A DNA stretch of 58,862 bases, the filler included, from Porpidia crustulata (Eukaryota), in the NCBI GenBank assembly GCA_964255105.1. It is 4 parts of 4 records of this genome, joined end to end, with 100 filler letters (N's around TTAATTAATTAA, not from the genome) between each part and the next. Parts side by side here need not be neighbours in the genome. Positions count along the whole stretch, not along the records: positions 29,509 to 44,146 come from CAXUWE010000366.1; positions 44,247 to 58,862 come from CAXUWE010000367.1; 2 more parts are not named here. One strand, given 5' to 3'. The position numbers were made by a program, and so were the translations under genes. A model generated the notes under the pieces. It saw only the letters and a program-made list of their open reading frames with translations. It did not search any database and had not been told where the DNA came from. Shown piece after piece: positions 37,000 to 49,020 of this stretch. The first letter of the stretch is position 1, and each line of letters opens with the position of its first letter.

Positions 37000-38740
37000 T
37001 AAAGATGATAGTGAATGTGCCCCAATGGTGCATGGTACGTCCAGTGTGCTCAGGTAGAGCAAGAGTTGGCGGCTGACTTTCTCGAAGGCTGGTGTAGCAA
37101 AGTAGCATTCCCTGGGGACGATGAGAAAGTGCCTTTAACGGGTGGACTATCAATGGAATTGGATGTGCTCCCAGATAGACTCGAGAATGCTCGTGTAGAA
37201 TTGCATATTGCTAATGAATGTTCCAATTCCGGTGTGTCCGCCTTTTCATAACCAATATGCTCGAATACAAATGTCTTCGTGAGGCATACGCTTTGTTTTG
37301 CCAGTGCAACATTCATAGGAGCGATTTGTAGCATGCGTTCTCGATGAAACAACAGAATTTCGTGAAGCTATGGCCACTGTGGAGTATTTCAGCCATCCCA
37401 CGCTCCGGACTATCAGGATATTGGCAATCGGCAGTGGGGGAACTCTTGAAAGACTTCTGGTCTGGGAATTTCCCAAAGGCGCGCGGCAATCTACGCATCC
37501 CCATTTTCCGAAGAACTTGTATTGAAACTCCTCTCGACATTATTGCTTCGTGGAACTAAAATCTGCCTGTCAGATGATCGCGAAATCATGGTAGTCAAAT
37601 AGCGAACGCCGCAGATCAAGGCCATTCTAAAGCCGTCCACCAGAGCGCCCGACAGATTTACTATCTTAGACCTTGGAGAAAACAAAGGATGCGAAGAAAG
37701 TCGCCTAGTTTTAGTCAAGAACCTGAGATGACGCAATTCGAAAATAGAGAAATACTTCAATGGACTAACGGTGACAATGAGGTATGAATTTCGAGTGACT
37801 CAATGCTTCTCCTTGGGATCTAGAAGAACAAAGAGATTCTGAGTCTGAAATACATGATGTTGCCCATTTCTAAAGACAATCAAGGCAGCAAACGCAAGCG
37901 TCTTTGCAATGGAGGCAGCCATTGAATTTCATCCACTGGCACGGAAGGCTGAAGAAATCTGCTTTGGTAAAGTCCACCAGCTCTTAGCTGATGATCACCT
38001 TTCTTTCAGCCATGATATCATATCAAAAATTGCTGCTAGCTATGGCTGGCTTATTCCTGCAGTGATATGGGTGGCTGTCGGCTAAGGGCTTCCATCCTCA
38101 TTGTAAACGTCCACCTAATGAATTCCTGGATCTAGATCACGTAGCCGCTACTCCTCGCCAATGTCAGTCTAGGCGATTGTTAAATTAGGTCTCTTTCTAA
38201 CTCATTGTACAGGCAAAACTCCCTATCTTGTCGGAAACCGATTTGAAGTCACGTAAAGGCAAGCAAAACATTCACAGCTTGGCTTTTCGGAAGCTTAATG
38301 TTACCATCGGGAGCAGCGAACATGATTTGACGAGTTGGAGGCGAGAATTGCCCAAGCAAATGCTTATTGGACTGGAAATTATTCTGGCTGTATGAAAACA
38401 TGATGGTTGTCATGACAATCAAGAGGTTTGGTCTGCAGAAAGGGTACTAGAAACCAATCCTACCTGGATTTTTCAAGAACTTGACAATGAGACTCAAAGA
38501 CAGTCAGTATTGCTAATACTTAGTCTATGTCCAATTTCTACTGTCCTAGGTCGATGCAAAGGAGTGGCAGAGCTGGACAAACTGTGGTGGAAGATCGTTG
38601 CTGTGTCTTACCAGTTCTTTGTGATGGCAGGAAAGCGCTGTGAGCACTTCACAGTCTGTAAAATCTAGGATTCATTTGAGGAATCATGTTTGTATGGTGG
38701 CATCAAGGAATTCAACGAGTCTGAGTTGAGAAAGTGATGG
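37000..38740 (+). pseudogene. Possible highly decayed gene relic
   Basis: Protein-like fragments in shifting frames (VACVLDETTEFREAMATVEYFSHPTLRTIRILAIGSGG; FDELEARIAQANAYW; ELDKLWWKIVAV). The family is not recognised. Confidence 0.2.
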
Positions 38741-39454
38741 GATCATAGGGGCAGGTTGTCTGTCCCCCGCTTACAAAACCTCGTCGATGGAATTCACTTG
38801 GAAGACTTGTGCGTCATATAAAGCTTCAATAAGAGCTCCGGCATATCTTATACTACGAGATTATCCTTGGCGAAAAAGAGGCTTGGATAACTTGTAGAGA
38901 ATAACGGCAGTTAAACCACAAGAATCCATCTCGAAATTCAAGATGAAATCCGAATTGGACTAGGTACAAGCCCAGATGAGCCGCTTGAATTCACACGATA
39001 CGTTGGTAGCTGTGAGCCCCAACTTCATGCTCGCAAACCTTCTGATCGGTCCCTATACACCCTGAACTCATTTGGTACAGTGAGCTGTATAACAATTTTG
39101 ATGGATTCCTAGTCAGCGCTAGGATCAGAGATCGAGCCAGACAGTCGATTCTTGAGTGGACCATTTAGGTATATTCCAGGAAAACCTTCTCAGAGAGGTC
39201 GGCGTCGGCTCTATCATAGGGGTTCGAATGCAAATACGTTTCGAGGCTATCGATGTTCCCGCTCAACCTTGATGTTGATTCAGGTACTCATTCAATCTGC
39301 CGTCAATCGTGGTCAGGTGTTGGTATGAATCTCACAGAGGATTAGACCAATGCTATTTCCATACGAAAATCTCGAGAGCCGTCTGCCTTGTTGTGCTCAA
39401 GAGTCAAGCACTGTCCATGAACTCACTCTCTGCTTCTAGATAACAAGACGGCAA

Positions 39455-40837
39455 CTAGAACGACTCAGGGTTCTTGTTGGCCCAACCTAGCAATAGGTCG
39501 GCTTCATCCATATCGGTCGCGCCATCATGCTCGAATGTTGTCGTTAGATCTTGTAGCGCCGTGGATACAAGAGGCTCTTGGTGTCTCGATGGAGTGGCTT
39601 CTTCTCTTTCGGTCCGGGCCATATTGTCCAGACCCCATGTTAAGACTGAAGTTCCTTGATTCATGTGCGATACAGACATATCTACAGTCGTAGCAGGTGC
39701 GCCCAACATCGAAGGATCATTTGCAAGCATACTAGCCCTTCGGTCATCCGTGAGACCAGACGTAATCACATGTCTTTTGGTCGATCTCGTAACAATCCCA
39801 TGATCTAGGTTGCCATATGTTTTCTCCGGTTCAGTATCCAATGGCCGCTTTCCGGCCTGCCGAAGTTGCTCAGGGTCGACCGGCACTCTGTGTGGATCCT
39901 GGGAGATTCCCTGAGGATCATTCCTGGTGACCACTGGGCGCGTGGGATAAAGTGCATCGTTGTCCAAGCTGTTGAGCGCAGTAGCTGGAGAGGCTGACGA
40001 GCTTGCTCTTCTTGTACCGGCAGCCGTTTGTACCGACGTCAATGATTGTAGGATTCTATCCCGCTTTGCGTTGTTTACATCGCTATTTACCTTGGAAAAC
40101 CAGGAAAGCATGTTGTTTTTCTCGCGCAACCTTAATGCCTGCTGATTAATCGCATTACGACTGCGACGATTATTCCTCTCCATTCTCATGATGATTTCGT
40201 TTCAGCGGATTCGTGGATCAAGCCGGCGAACAGCCTCGAAGTACCACCACTCTTCCTTAGTCCCGATCTACTAAAGTTCAGGACATCTAAAAGTGAAGAT
40301 CTCGCAGCGCTTACCTGGTCAGGCAGAATCTGGAAATCTAAAAGCGCCTGGGGGCCCTCTCCAGGCTCGGGCCATCGCTCCCACATGAGATTGCCCTGAG
40401 AGTCCCGTTTTTGTGAAGGTCTTCCAGAGTCTTTGAAAATTTTCCATGGATCGTTTGGCTCGAGTTGAGCTAATATCTGTAAATTTTTAGTGGGATTACC
40501 GCAACGATAAAAGGTAGTCTTACCGCTGGTGCGTTTTCCCAACTCCATGCTGCTTGTCTAATCGGAAAGCGCGGTTAGTAAAGTCTCTCCTATTTTGTTG
40601 CCGAAAGATGGATGCCTCATCCATAAATGAAACCCGTCACATCATTGGCTGAGTTACCTATTATGCGCGGTACCACTGGGATCATGTGGGTCAGCCACCT
40701 TTTGCTATGAACGAGAAATGTATCTTTGAGCATGTACCATAGTCCTGTGGACCACCTGGTGGAATGCGGTGGTTAGTCGCGGCAATGTACGATGGGCTTT
40801 GTTCCCAAGGCACAGAGTGCTTCACTGTACGCTGCAT
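39455..40837 (-). CDS. Unknown-family protein, tandem paralogue copy 1; in-frame TGA at 40204-40202 and AT donor at 40620
   Basis: Spliced model MQRTVKHSVPWEQSPSYIAAT..QDY|VVPRIIGNSANDVTGFIYG|QAAWSWENAPA|ILAQLEP..LLDFQILPDQ|IGTKEEWWYFEAVRRLDPRIR*NEIIMRM..MLSW, collinear with copy 2. Confidence 0.75.
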
Positions 40838-41892
40838 ATTCTGTAATTCTCAAGCATCTGTCAGTTTTCATTAGAAAGTCTAACGCCGAGCGTGAAAGTT
40901 TGGTTGCTGAAGAGGAGCGTCTACCTTCGTTGACACCGGCTACTGGTCAGTAGTACAAACTGGGCGACTGGCGAGAAACTGATTTGTCGAGTACAGATAT
41001 CCGACAAGCACTAATGGCTCCCTGAAATATCAAATTTCGATTAAGAAGGTAATGCCAGCAAGAAGAGAGCGAGCAGTCTAAGACCTGTGTCGTGGCTCAG
41101 AAGAGTTATCCCCAAAGGCTGGAAAGTCATTGATCAATGAAGAGGATCAACACATCGCTTCCTCCAATTGATGACTTTCTACCCATGGCTGGGCGGATGA
41201 ATGATATGAATTAATATAGAACGTGATGAGAGGCATGAAAACACTCAACTATATTCACGCAAACACGGAGTCACTGGACAACTGAGTACTCCTGCGTCAA
41301 GGCTTGGTATTACAAGACACTTAATTTGATCTCCGGGCTCAAGATTAGGTAGGAGACTTCCTTCGGGGACATGAGCTTCCCTAAAATGTATATATACAAG
41401 GGCTCTTCAAGATACTGGAAGGGACCTTTTGCTCCTCAAGACATCGATGTATGTACTTCGAAAATGGTATTTAAGAACACTATTAATATTGAGGCTCTCT
41501 GCAAATAGATTCAGCATAATCATGTGATATTATTCTGATTCGGCAATAGGTTTTCGAGAGTGTCCCGTAGGATATAAAACATCAGTGTCTGTGGTTGTCG
41601 GGGACTCGATGTTCCAGAAAAGTATTCTGGTTCATTTCCCAACACCAGGAAGACTCTTCAGAAATGAAAGCGCTTTTCCCCATCGCTTGACGCCAAAAAG
41701 TAGAAGTAGAACTCTCAAATTCTATGGCCAAAATTTATGATTAAATTTGCGCTTTTTATTATCGACGCCGCGGTAGATATGGTAAAAAATAATCTGCTAA
41801 CGCAGAAGAATATAGTAATAAGTTGGCCAGGTGAAATAGCTCAATAATTCCAGTCAACAGCAGGATAGACTTCTCTGTAAATCCATCACCAT

Positions 41893-44135
41893 CTAATCCA
41901 GCCATTCGAACGCCAAGCCCGCAAGCACCTGTTGTCGGAATCGCATCAAGGGCAATCTCCGAGATTTTTCTTGTTGCTCTGACGATATATGGCTTTTAAA
42001 CTCGGCTGCTCTCAAGCTATCTCTGACGACTAATGGCGGAGCTTCTTGGAATGTATTCCTGTTTTGGAACCACTTGGATGCATCGATTTCTTTTGCCGGA
42101 TTTATTCGAGCTGGTTTATCGTCATGTTGACGGTCCCACACTGGCAGGACTGAAGGATAGTGATAGTTGATGACCGAGCTGGTAAGCATCTTTAGCTTCT
42201 TCGTTGTAGGCACGTGGTCATCCTCCGCGTCAGGGGTGAATTTACCGCGGCTGCGGTTGCGCTCGGCACTTGGGACTGTGCGCAGAACCACCATCGCGGG
42301 CTCCGTAGAGTTATCTATTGAGTAGCGAGATTTTGGCATCCTGTCGATGCAAGCATCGCTTTGTATGGATAAAAGTCCGTTACGCTTGCGTTTTTGGGGT
42401 GCCTGCCGGAGAACTGGCTCAGCTACTCTGCCAGACAGATCATCCCTAGAGTCAACACCAAGGCCTCGGAACGGAGGACTACCACTACTATGACAGTCTG
42501 ACCGAGACTCAAGAACGAGTGAAGCGCCCAAATTTGTATTGTCGAAGAAATTGGCATACGAATCTAAGTTGTATGGAGTCGCGTGCTCAATCCTGTTCCA
42601 ATTGAAAGTAGGAGCTTTCTGTCTAGCCATTTTTGGATGTTCCGGCAACTTTTTGTCACGTTCCGAGGAAGGCGGTGATCGTCCTGATAGCTGGGTATGA
42701 GTGCTATCACATCGCACACCCGAGGATTGAGCGACTTGACCACCCTTATGCGACACTGTGGGCAGCCCATCGCAGATTCTCTTCTTTAGCGAAGAGACTG
42801 GATCTTGCTTTCCATCAAATAATGCCTTTCTCGTTTTTCCTCTGTTACCCGAGACCTCTGATTTGGGTGGCTGTATGGATATCAGTGAAGGGGTAGTCTT
42901 TCCCCGCCCTCGTTTGTCGTAGGCCACGTACTGGGCGCCTTTAATAACCATTCCTATTCCAGCCTTGGATCTATTTGCTAATTCTTGCTTACATTCTATG
43001 GTGTAGGCACTTCGTGTTGGCCGTGAGAATATTGAGGCTGACACGCTGGTTGAGGCCTTGCTATCGGATGTTTCGTCATGACCATCTTGGGCATCCGGAT
43101 CTCTGACAAGCCCGTCGTCAAGGTCGGGCTCCTCATTCTTAAGCACACATCTATCATCACTGTGCTCGGACTCTCGATCCTCAGACTCCTCAACTCCATC
43201 TCCGGACTCTTCCATATATCCGGACTTCCTACTATTCCATTCCTCGTCCTCGTCCTCGGAATCCACTGAGACGCTCTTTCCTCTTCGTCTCCACCTCACG
43301 CCTCCACTTCTTCTCAGAACAGGATGAAATATTCTCCCACCAGAATCGCCAAGACCAGAATCAATCAGTCCCGGTGTAGCCCCTCGAGTCGTATTAGCCG
43401 CAATCTGCCGGGCCGTGAGCATCGCCAAAACACCATTCCTTCTCACATTCGGGACCCGGTGGACCTGATTCGAATGCCACGATAGCATAGCATATCTCTC
43501 TCGATGCCGGACTCCATCCTGGTTCAGTGAATTATTACTCGGTCGATCCTCCAGCGACATACGCATAGTAATATCGCACCATCGTACCCGTGGATCGATG
43601 CGACGGATTGCTTCGAAGTACCACCATGGCTCTTGCGTCCCGATGATATCCGGTAGGATCTTGAAATCGAGAAGGGGTTCACGTGTTTTCCCCGGCTTTT
43701 GGTGCTTCTCGAACATCAGATCGCCATTTGTATCCACCTTTTGCGGTGGTCGAGGGCTCTTTCGGAATTCGGCCCAGCCGGGTGGGGGCTCTAGAATATA
43801 CATGATCTTGGAAAATCATCAGCCATCGCCTTTGAGGGTATTAGTCGGGACTAACATCTGGAAAATTATCTTCCGACCACCCTGCCTGGCTATTTCATGG
43901 TTACCTAGTATACCCAAGCAACAGCGGTATTGAACCCTTACCCAAACATGAAACCCGTAATATCTGACGAACAATTTCCTCGGGGACGCGGAACGACTTT
44001 CAAAAAGTCAGCACACGTCAAAAACAAATAGCATCATCTCCTACCATAATCACCCATGCAACCCAGACGAAGAAAAGCCTGCGTAGCTGCAACATAATGA
44101 GGGCCTTTATCCCATGCCCTCCTAACACGGGACAT
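41893..44135 (-). CDS. Unknown-family protein, tandem paralogue copy 2 (intact), with long disordered C-terminus
   Basis: Spliced model MSRVRRAWDKGPHYVAAT..GDY|VVPRPRGNCSSDITGFMFG|QAGWSEDNFPD|IMYILEP..LLDFKILPDIIGTQEPWWYFEAIRRIDPRVRWCDITMRM..MLSW; the final exon contains the 636-codon ORF. Confidence 0.8.
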
Positions 44136-44146
44136 CTTCCCACCAC

Positions 44147-44246
44147 NNNNNNNNNNNNNNNNNNNNNNNNNNNNNNNNNNNNNNNNNNNNTTAATTAATT
44201 AANNNNNNNNNNNNNNNNNNNNNNNNNNNNNNNNNNNNNNNNNNNN
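44147..44246. other. Artificial contig linker
   Basis: N44-TTAATTAATTAA-N44. Confidence 0.99.
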
Positions 44247-47200
44247 CTGTAGCGGGTGGGCGTGGTAGCTCGGGTTCTCGGCGTACTCGTCCGCCGGGAT
44301 CTGAAGCTGCAGGGTCGGGAGGGAGGATTGGGCGGGGATTTTTTGGTGGACGTGCAGGAGCGAGGGCGCAATGTCCCAGAACGCGCTGAGCTGGACTTCG
44401 ACGCCGTGCACGACGTTGACTTCGATGACGTGCAGGAAGGCTTGTGTGCGCTCGGCGGCGGCTTTGTGAAAGGCGGCTCGGCGGTCGTACGTGTCTTGCG
44501 CAAAAAAGGATTCGGCTTCTGCGAGCTTGGCGGGGTTTTTGGATTGCTTGTATGGGAGGAGGACGATGGCTTTGTACTTGTCGTTGCGTTCCGTCAGAAG
44601 GTCGTAGGTTGAGCTGTCGAGGGACTCGCGGGCTTCGAAGAGCCATTTGAGCTGGGTGAGCTTTTCTAGTAGTTCTGGCTGTTCGTCGCCTTCCTCTTGA
44701 GGAAGATTAGGACTATGATCCTGAGCGTCAGAGAAGAGGCGGCTACTGATTTGATCAATAGAGGAAGTTGCTTTGGTGATACGGTTGGCGAAAACGGCGT
44801 GAAGAGGGGTGACCACAACATTCTGAAATAGGTCGAAATCCGTTTGGGTGATATCCTTTTCTGATTGCGCCTTTTTGGCCTCGAGGTCGGACTCGGCTTG
44901 ATCATACTGCACTTGAGAAATCTCGCCGTGCTCCATTCGGAATTGGACATCCTGGTCATGGAGAGATTGCTGATGCTTGCACCATGAGTCTGCACGCTTG
45001 CGCTTCTCTACAATTTGCGATCGGTATGATTCTCTAATATTGTCGGCCTCATCTTTACTATGAAGTGAGCGCACAACAGACCTCACATCTGCCAGATCAG
45101 GATGATTGTTGTTGACCGCCGGATGGTGCCTCGGATAAGGCGGTGGCAGGGTGACGAGACGCGAGATATCTAGTTTCCTGGGATCTGGAGTGTATGGAGC
45201 TGATTGAGGCGTGGGTGGATGAGTTGGCAGCGGTGGGAGCCCGGAGTGCCATCCAACTTTCTCCGGAGGATATTCATTAGGTCCAAAGTCTACATGATGG
45301 CTTGCTTCTCCTGTTTGCCGAATTGGAATGTTTGCGGCAACTGGATGACGGCTCTCGTATAGCGCCGGTGAGTCACGAGCTTCCTTTGGCACTCCCATGT
45401 ACTTGGACTCTCGTTTTGATCGTTCGAGAACTTTGAAAGCATCGCCATGAGTGGACTCGCCAGATCGATCTTCCCACCACCGGCTAGGCGCTCGTCCTCG
45501 CGAGTCCATCTCATCTTGCCCAGTGACAATACTCATGCTGGCAATTGGTGAAAGAGATGGAATATAATCTTTCCACCATGTCGTCTCTGGTCGATTTTGT
45601 GGGCTGCTATCACAGCTGCTTGTAATCGAAGATTCATGATTCCTACTTGTTGATGGAGAGTTACCTCGCCAGGCCGATCCTTTTGCGGATTCGCTGGACG
45701 TCGTTCTGTTGCGGGCCTGATCGGTCTCTACTTCCATTCTCTGTTCATCTGTTGAAATCTTGGGATCCTCCATTTCCGCAAATAAGCCTTGCATCAACTC
45801 TTGAACATCAACATCTTCCTCTTGAAAGACTGCAGCGTATTGGTCCCTCCGAATTCGAGACTCCGCCAGCATGAAGTTTGCAAAAAGCTCTAGCCTCTGA
45901 GAATCATTGGTAGCGGCCGCTTCTTGTTCTGAAAATTTCCGGTGGCGCTCAATAGCACGCTCGGCGAAGGCTCTTGGGCTCTCTGGACCCAGCAAATCCA
46001 CTGCGGGCTGCAGGGAGGTTTTAGTCAAAGGCGTCAGTGGGACTTGCATGGACTCTTCGGAATTCGGCATATGTAACAGATGCGACACTGGGCGCTCATC
46101 ATGCGTTGGCGGTACACTTAGTGAAGATGAGTACTGTGCATTGGTAGGTTGCTGTGAAGGTGGCGTCGGGAGCGACTTCTGTAGATTTGCAGGCGTTCTC
46201 GATGAAGTGGAGAATGTGTCTCTACCAGGTGAGAATGGTGGTGTCGGGGTTGTGTTCTTTGCATAATTCGATGCACGAGCTGAATCAGGTCGAGGTGTGG
46301 AATTTGACGTTCCAAAGGACGAGGCTTGTCCGGATAACAAACGAGTATCTGTACTAGACAGAGCATCGTCCAAGCTCATCATGTTCTTCCCACTTCTCGG
46401 GGATGACTTAGTAGCGTGCCTCCGCCTCGATAAAGTATCTCCATTCCATGGCAAAATCAAATCTGTCGGTTTTACTAGACCGTTGTCGTCAAGCATATTA
46501 GCGTTGCTTGAAGCCATAGTGTTCGGCTCGTCGATTTCTCTGCCCTTGCCATTGCGACTTTCACTTCGCCGCTCTCGTATTCCCTTGGAACTGCGATTCC
46601 TAACTGCAGGGCTACGAAACAAGGCACCATTAGAGGAGTCTCGCCTGTGGTGTGATGACAGAGGAGTGGCGGAGATTGCAGTCAATGGATCAGTAGTAGA
46701 TGAACGTCCTTTCCATAAGATACTACCAGTATCGATGTGCAACGGGATTGGTCCATTCGAGACTTGGGGGTGTTCAGCGCGTGGGGTAGGACTTTCCTCT
46801 CTCCAGTCGGCAGGAGTTGGTGGTACAGTATCAAGGGTGGTGCCATGACCTGGTGGCCGTCTTGACCGTAGCGGAAGCATAGGGGCGGCTTCGGATAGTG
46901 GTGACTCCGATGTCCTGTTCAAGCTCTGTGACCGCGTATTTGATGGTGGTGGACCTGGTGGAGGTGGTGGCAAAGGCATTCCAGGTTCCCAACCACTCTG
47001 ACTTGGTGAACGCGTAGCTGAACGCGGGGAAGGTCCGGTCATCCCGATACCTCCAGTTGAGGCTGCTCTTCGAGCCGCTGGAGGTCTGGCCGACGCGAGC
47101 TCGTTGCTCAACGCATCAGGAGCAAACCCGAGTGCCTGGGTAGTAGACTCATGCAGTGCATCAATAGAATTGACAGGAGCCACATTGGTTGCGCCTCTGG

Positions 47201-48009
47201 CTTTCGATGCCAGCGAAGACAATAGCCGGTCCGCATGATGTCTGGAAGACGACCGGATACGACCATTGACTGGGGGTGGAGGGGGGAAATTCGGTGTTGC
47301 GGCATTATTGGGAGAGTTGCTCGGGAACGATGATTGTGAAGGTAACGGGGATCCCGTCCCTAAATGCCTTGACGTGAAATCGGGGGATATCGTTGTGGCT
47401 GCACTGACAGGAGTGTTGTAATGGGAAGAATCCGTATTTGGAGATGCAGTGTCCGAAGGTGAAATTGCATCAGTACGGCGTGGTGAGTCTTGCTGCACTT
47501 GATCTTGACGAGGAGAGTACGGCGGCGGTGGAGAGGCAACGGGCTCTATGAGGTATGTGAGTGTTTGTCTCTGCGTTGGGAGAGTGCGTTTCCTTACCAT
47601 CCGGGCCTACTGGGCGAGCAGCCACAGCTTCTACTCTGGTCGCTGGTCTTTGTCTTGTGCTCCCTGCCGTGGAAGCCGAAGTGGATGAGCCAGGCGTAGA
47701 GCCCCACTGCTGAGGATTATAGGCGGCATTGAAGACGGACGGAGTTCGAGTAGCCATGGGTGATATCCCTCTCATCACTCCAGCTGGTGATGCAGGATAA
47801 GGTGATGGTTGGTAGGCTGAGAAGGGACTACTTAGGGAGGTGGTTGACAGTGGTGTCTGGACACTACCTCCAAGCCCTAGACCGATGTTGCGCGCATTAT
47901 CCAGGGAGGTTGTCAACAGATTGGGAGGCTGAACGGCATATTGACGACGACGAGGAGACGAAGGCCCATCGTGCGCGGATGCAGGAGCGTAAGGGTAAGG
48001 GACACTCAT
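44247..48009 (-). CDS. Large uncharacterised protein (over 1200 aa), Pro/Ser-rich N-terminus and helical C-terminus; 3'-truncated
   Basis: ATG at 48009 (MSVPYPYAP), one GTAAGG...ATAG intron near 47550-47600, then a long ORF with LDISRLVTLPPPYPRHHPAVNNNHPDL and EEGDEQPELLEKLTQLKWLFEARE. Confidence 0.85.
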
Positions 48010-49020
48010 CCTGAGCAACTGCACCAAGGCCTCGAAATGGGCCTCGACACTGCTGTTCACAACATTTGACGCTGCGGGGATGCAATGCACAAGGATGAAA
48101 CACCTCTGTTCAAAGATTTGCAACAGGATAATGATCAAGCAGTATCAATCATGGTCGCATGCTCGAGTGTGCTGAAGTCTGCGTCCTAACGATGCACGTC
48201 GAGTGGAAGCTGCAGGGCTCCAACTACTGCGGTGTGGCAGCAGCAGCATCCCATTGGTGCTCCCGTCCATTCGCAGAGGTGTTTGCTAGCGACGAGATCT
48301 ATTTATGATTCGCATCAAGTGCAAACAGACACCAATAGAGAAGACTAAAGCGAATGGGTCGTGGGGTCGAAAGCTCGAGGAGGGCGACAATGCGACGACA
48401 GCGAATCAAAAGGGGCATCACATTTGGGCCGGCGCTTACGGGTAGGGCGGGAAAGGAAGTCTAGGGGGCTGAAGAGTCCGCCTGTCCGCTAATCCGCTTC
48501 CGCTATCAAAGTACTGGCTTCAATGCAGAGGGAACCAGACTTTCATAACTAATTCACCTATTTCATCTCCTGACAAGTGTATTATCTTAGGTAACTCCAT
48601 ACTCATCACTCAACGTGCAACAAAAGCGATTGAAAATGTGTGGAATTCTATCGGTAGCTATTGTGTCATACAACATAAAGCGCACATGTCTCGACTCCAA
48701 CAGGAGCAGAAGCTGGCGACCACCCATCTGCAAAGGAGTAATCGGGATGAACCACCACGGGCAAAAGCATCCTCTATGGTACAAGAAGCTCTGATAGGAG
48801 AGCGAAGAGCGTGGGGAAACTGTGTTGCTCAGTGTTTCTTAAAAGGTAAACTGATCGAGTAGGGAGACTAGGGTTGATGAGCATGTCCGTAGCCTATCGT
48901 GGTCGAAGTCTTGAGTTATGCTTTTATAAGAGGATTAATAGAATTGGCCCGCGTGCAGCGTGAAAATGATGGCAGCCAAGTTTGGAAGCAAGTGGTTGGG
49001 TTGGACTTGTGCTGAGCATT

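Noticed and set aside
43810..43856. Tandem TGA TGA upstream of the 636-aa ORF as edited Trp-Trp
   Set aside because: It lies inside a canonical intron (GTTAGT...GCTGAT...CAAG) that has a counterpart in the paralogue.
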